Made by a program: the position numbers and the translations under genes
Shown: positions 62,597 through 64,000 of the stretch, piece by piece
How the letters are laid out: each line of letters starts with the position of its first letter
How positions within the stretch are numbered: position 1 is the first letter of the stretch
Assembly (NCBI GenBank): GCA_965224185.1
Contig: OZ245042.1
Coordinates: forward strand, 4,804,620-4,868,619
Direction: 5' to 3'
DNA: 64,000 nt
Source: Rhodobiaceae bacterium
GTDB taxonomy: Bacteria > Pseudomonadota > Alphaproteobacteria > Rhizobiales > G965224185
Notes under the pieces: generated by a model
What the model saw: the letters and a program-made list of their open reading frames with translations, nothing else
Databases searched by the model: none
What the model was told of the DNA's origin: nothing

Positions 62597-62670
62597 TGGC
62601 TGGGGAACCTGGATTCGAACCAGGACCGACGGAGTCAGAGTCCGCTGTTCTACCGTTAAACTATTCCCCA
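62597..62670 (-). tRNA. tRNA-Gln (anticodon CUG)
   Basis: The reverse complement TGGGGAATAGTTTAACGGTAGAACAGCGGACTCTGACTCCGTCGGTCCTGGTTCGAATCCAGGTTCCCCAGCCA folds as a cloverleaf. The anticodon loop is CTCTGAC. Confidence 0.9.
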
Positions 62671-63054
62671 AATACGCCGCTACGATCCGTCCGAAAATCC
62701 CGGTACTGAATGCGGACGGGCTTGTGGTGTTGCCCGGCGCCCTGTTTATGTCCGGATCCCATGACTGTCAACCGAGGGCGCCCGGCGGGTTATCGGGTTG
62801 GATAACCGGCTTGCCCGGCAGTCCATTGCTGTTACACTCGACGGTAACTTGGAATTTGGGGCGCCGTGTCGGCTTTCGCCGCATGGCGTCCGGAAGGTCA
62901 TCTTGTGGACGACACGGACAGGGGCCGACCATCGGGCGGCCATAAAGGGTCCGGAGAGCCCACCGGGTTGGCCGGTCGCAAGCATGATCGCGCATTCGTC
63001 GGTAGAGGCGCCGACAGGTTGGCGCATGGCGATCGGCCGTCCGACAATCCGCCT

Positions 63055-64000
63055 ATGCCGGCTACGCCGTCCAACCGACAGGCAGGGCCGGAGGGCGGTG
63101 TTGAAGGGGGTGCGATCCGGAATGCAGAGGGCTCCGCTCCGGCGGCGGCCGGCACATATGTGCGTAAATCCACCCGGAGCGGTGGCAGGTCGCGGAGCAA
63201 CGTCGATGGCAGTCGACCGGCCCGCTACGCCGCTCTGGATCTTGGTACCAATAATTGCCGGTTGTTGATCGCCGAACCGCGGCGCCGCGGCTTCCGTGTG
63301 ATCGACGCGTTTTCACGCATCATCCGCCTGGGCGAGGGGCTCAGCCTGACCGGCGCTTTGTCCGACGACGCCATAGAGCGGGCGGTGGAGGCGCTCGATA
63401 TCTGCCGCATGAAGCTGGAAGACCGCGGGGTCGCGCGCCAGCGGCTGATCGCCACCGAGGCATGCCGGTCGGCGGATAACGGGCAGATATTCCTCTCCCG
63501 CGTTCTGAGCGAAACCGGACTGGAATTGTCGATCGTCGACCGCAAAACGGAGGCCCGCCTGGCAGTCGCCGGATGCGCCACCCTGGTGGAGCCGGAGGCG
63601 GATGGGGTGATCCTGTTCGATATCGGCGGCGGATCGTCCGAAATCGTCTGGCTCGATTTGCGGCGCCGGCCGCATACGCGGCCAAGTTCGCTCATGCGCT
63701 GCATTCGTTCCTGGGCCTCGCTGCCGGTCGGCGTTGTCTCCCTGTCAGAGCGCCATGGGGGCGTGGAGGTGTCGCCCGCCATCTTTGAGAATATGGTCGA
63801 GGACGTATCGGGCATGCTGGACGGCATGGCCGATGAGGACGCCCTGCGGAAATCGATCGCCCACGGCCGGGTGCATATGCTCGGCACGTCGGGCACGGTG
63901 ACGACGCTCGCCGGCGTGCATCTCGGTCTTGAGCGCTACGACCGGCGCCGGGTCGACGGGACCTGGATGAGCGACGATGATGTCGGCGCCATGATCCGCA
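63055..64000 (+). CDS. ppx: Exopolyphosphatase / Ppx-GppA family phosphatase (3' end beyond window)
   Basis: The frame is open from 62848 to the window end, so it is absent from the ORF track. It contains RYAALDLGTNNCRLLIAE, LIATEACRSADNG, ILFDIGGGSSEIVW and MLGTSGTVTTLAG motifs. The start is uncertain: ATG 63055 or GTG 63160 are candidates. Confidence 0.75.
   Translation, partial: MPATPSNRQAGPEGGVEGGAIRNAEGSAPAAAGTYVRKSTRSGGRSRSNVDGSRPARYAALDLGTNNCRLLIAEPRRRGFRVIDAFSRIIRLGEGLSLTGALSDDAIERAVEALDICRMKLEDRGVARQRLIATEACRSADNGQIFLSRVLSETGLELSIVDRKTEARLAVAGCATLVEPEADGVILFDIGGGSSEIVWLDLRRRPHTRPSSLMRCIRSWASLPVGVVSLSERHGGVEVSPAIFENMVEDVSGMLDGMADEDALRKSIAHGRVHMLGTSGTVTTLAGVHLGLERYDRRRVDGTWMSDDDVGAMIR

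Noticed and set aside
62855-62920. An SRP (4.5S) RNA-like motif, GCGTCCGGAAGGTCATC, inside a hairpin-rich region upstream of ppx.
   Set aside because: Only the GTCCGGAAGG core resembles the domain IV consensus (GGUCCGGAAGGAAGCAGC). The conserved GGAAGCA symmetric-loop residues and the pairing partner strand are absent.

Overview
This window looks like a high-GC (about 60-65% by eye) alphaproteobacterial chromosome segment. The taxonomic guess rests on a pcm-tolC-popZ(DUF2497) block, a roughly 690-aa ParE with a basic N-terminal extension, and GTCAT...ATCCAG and C-rich/G-rich palindromic intergenic repeats. Nearly all of it is metabolic or housekeeping DNA.

Gene content from left to right:
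- GH-A glycosidase with a DUF1800/DUF1501 pair.
- 5'-truncated IclR remnant, an IS4-family IS with a 9-bp target duplication, and tRNA-Glu.
- MDR oxidoreductase and parE.
- Lower-GC secreted M23 peptidase, divergent from a LonC-like protease with degenerate Walker motifs.
- Liv-type ABC importer locus (SBP, Fe-ADH, AraC, LivH/M/G). Its LivF ATPase is fused to a UPF0261/Tm-1-like domain and is followed by the PEP-hydrolase-like partner.
- 1264-aa flotillin/SPFH protein carrying about 700 aa of hendecad-based tandem repeats.
- Two SRPBCC paralogues.
- Xanthine-dehydrogenase-family hydroxylase cluster (FAD, 2Fe-2S, split Mo subunit with a Pro/Gln-rich repeat tail, MoxR/CoxD, VWA/CoxE, amidohydrolase, MBL hydrolase).
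- SMP-30/isochorismatase fusion.
- tRNA-Cys followed by a very AT-rich tract and two lower-GC secreted hypothetical proteins.
- Fe-ADH, pcm, tolC, popZ.
- Dpp/Gsi-type ABC importer with no SBP gene in the window.
- Carnitine-dehydrogenase-like and BKACE pair, two PfkB kinases, and an MltF-like transglycosylase.
- tRNA-Lys, then a tandem IS5-family dimer, an MscS channel and a decayed aldehyde dehydrogenase, closed by a convergent tRNA-Gln.
- 5' part of ppx, running off the window.

I found no rRNA, no CRISPR array, and no recognisable restriction, Cas, retron, CBASS or toxin-antitoxin genes, so I cannot point to a canonical defence system.

The best candidates for undescribed biology are:
1. 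The LivF-UPF0261 fusion with its PEP-hydrolase-like partner inside an ABC importer.
2. The hyper-expanded hendecad-repeat flotillin.
3. The split Mo-hydroxylase large subunit with a QYTPPPP repeat tail.
4. The tRNA-Cys-associated AT-rich islet encoding two secreted proteins that share an N-terminal module.

All functional calls come from motif recognition by eye and need profile searches to confirm.
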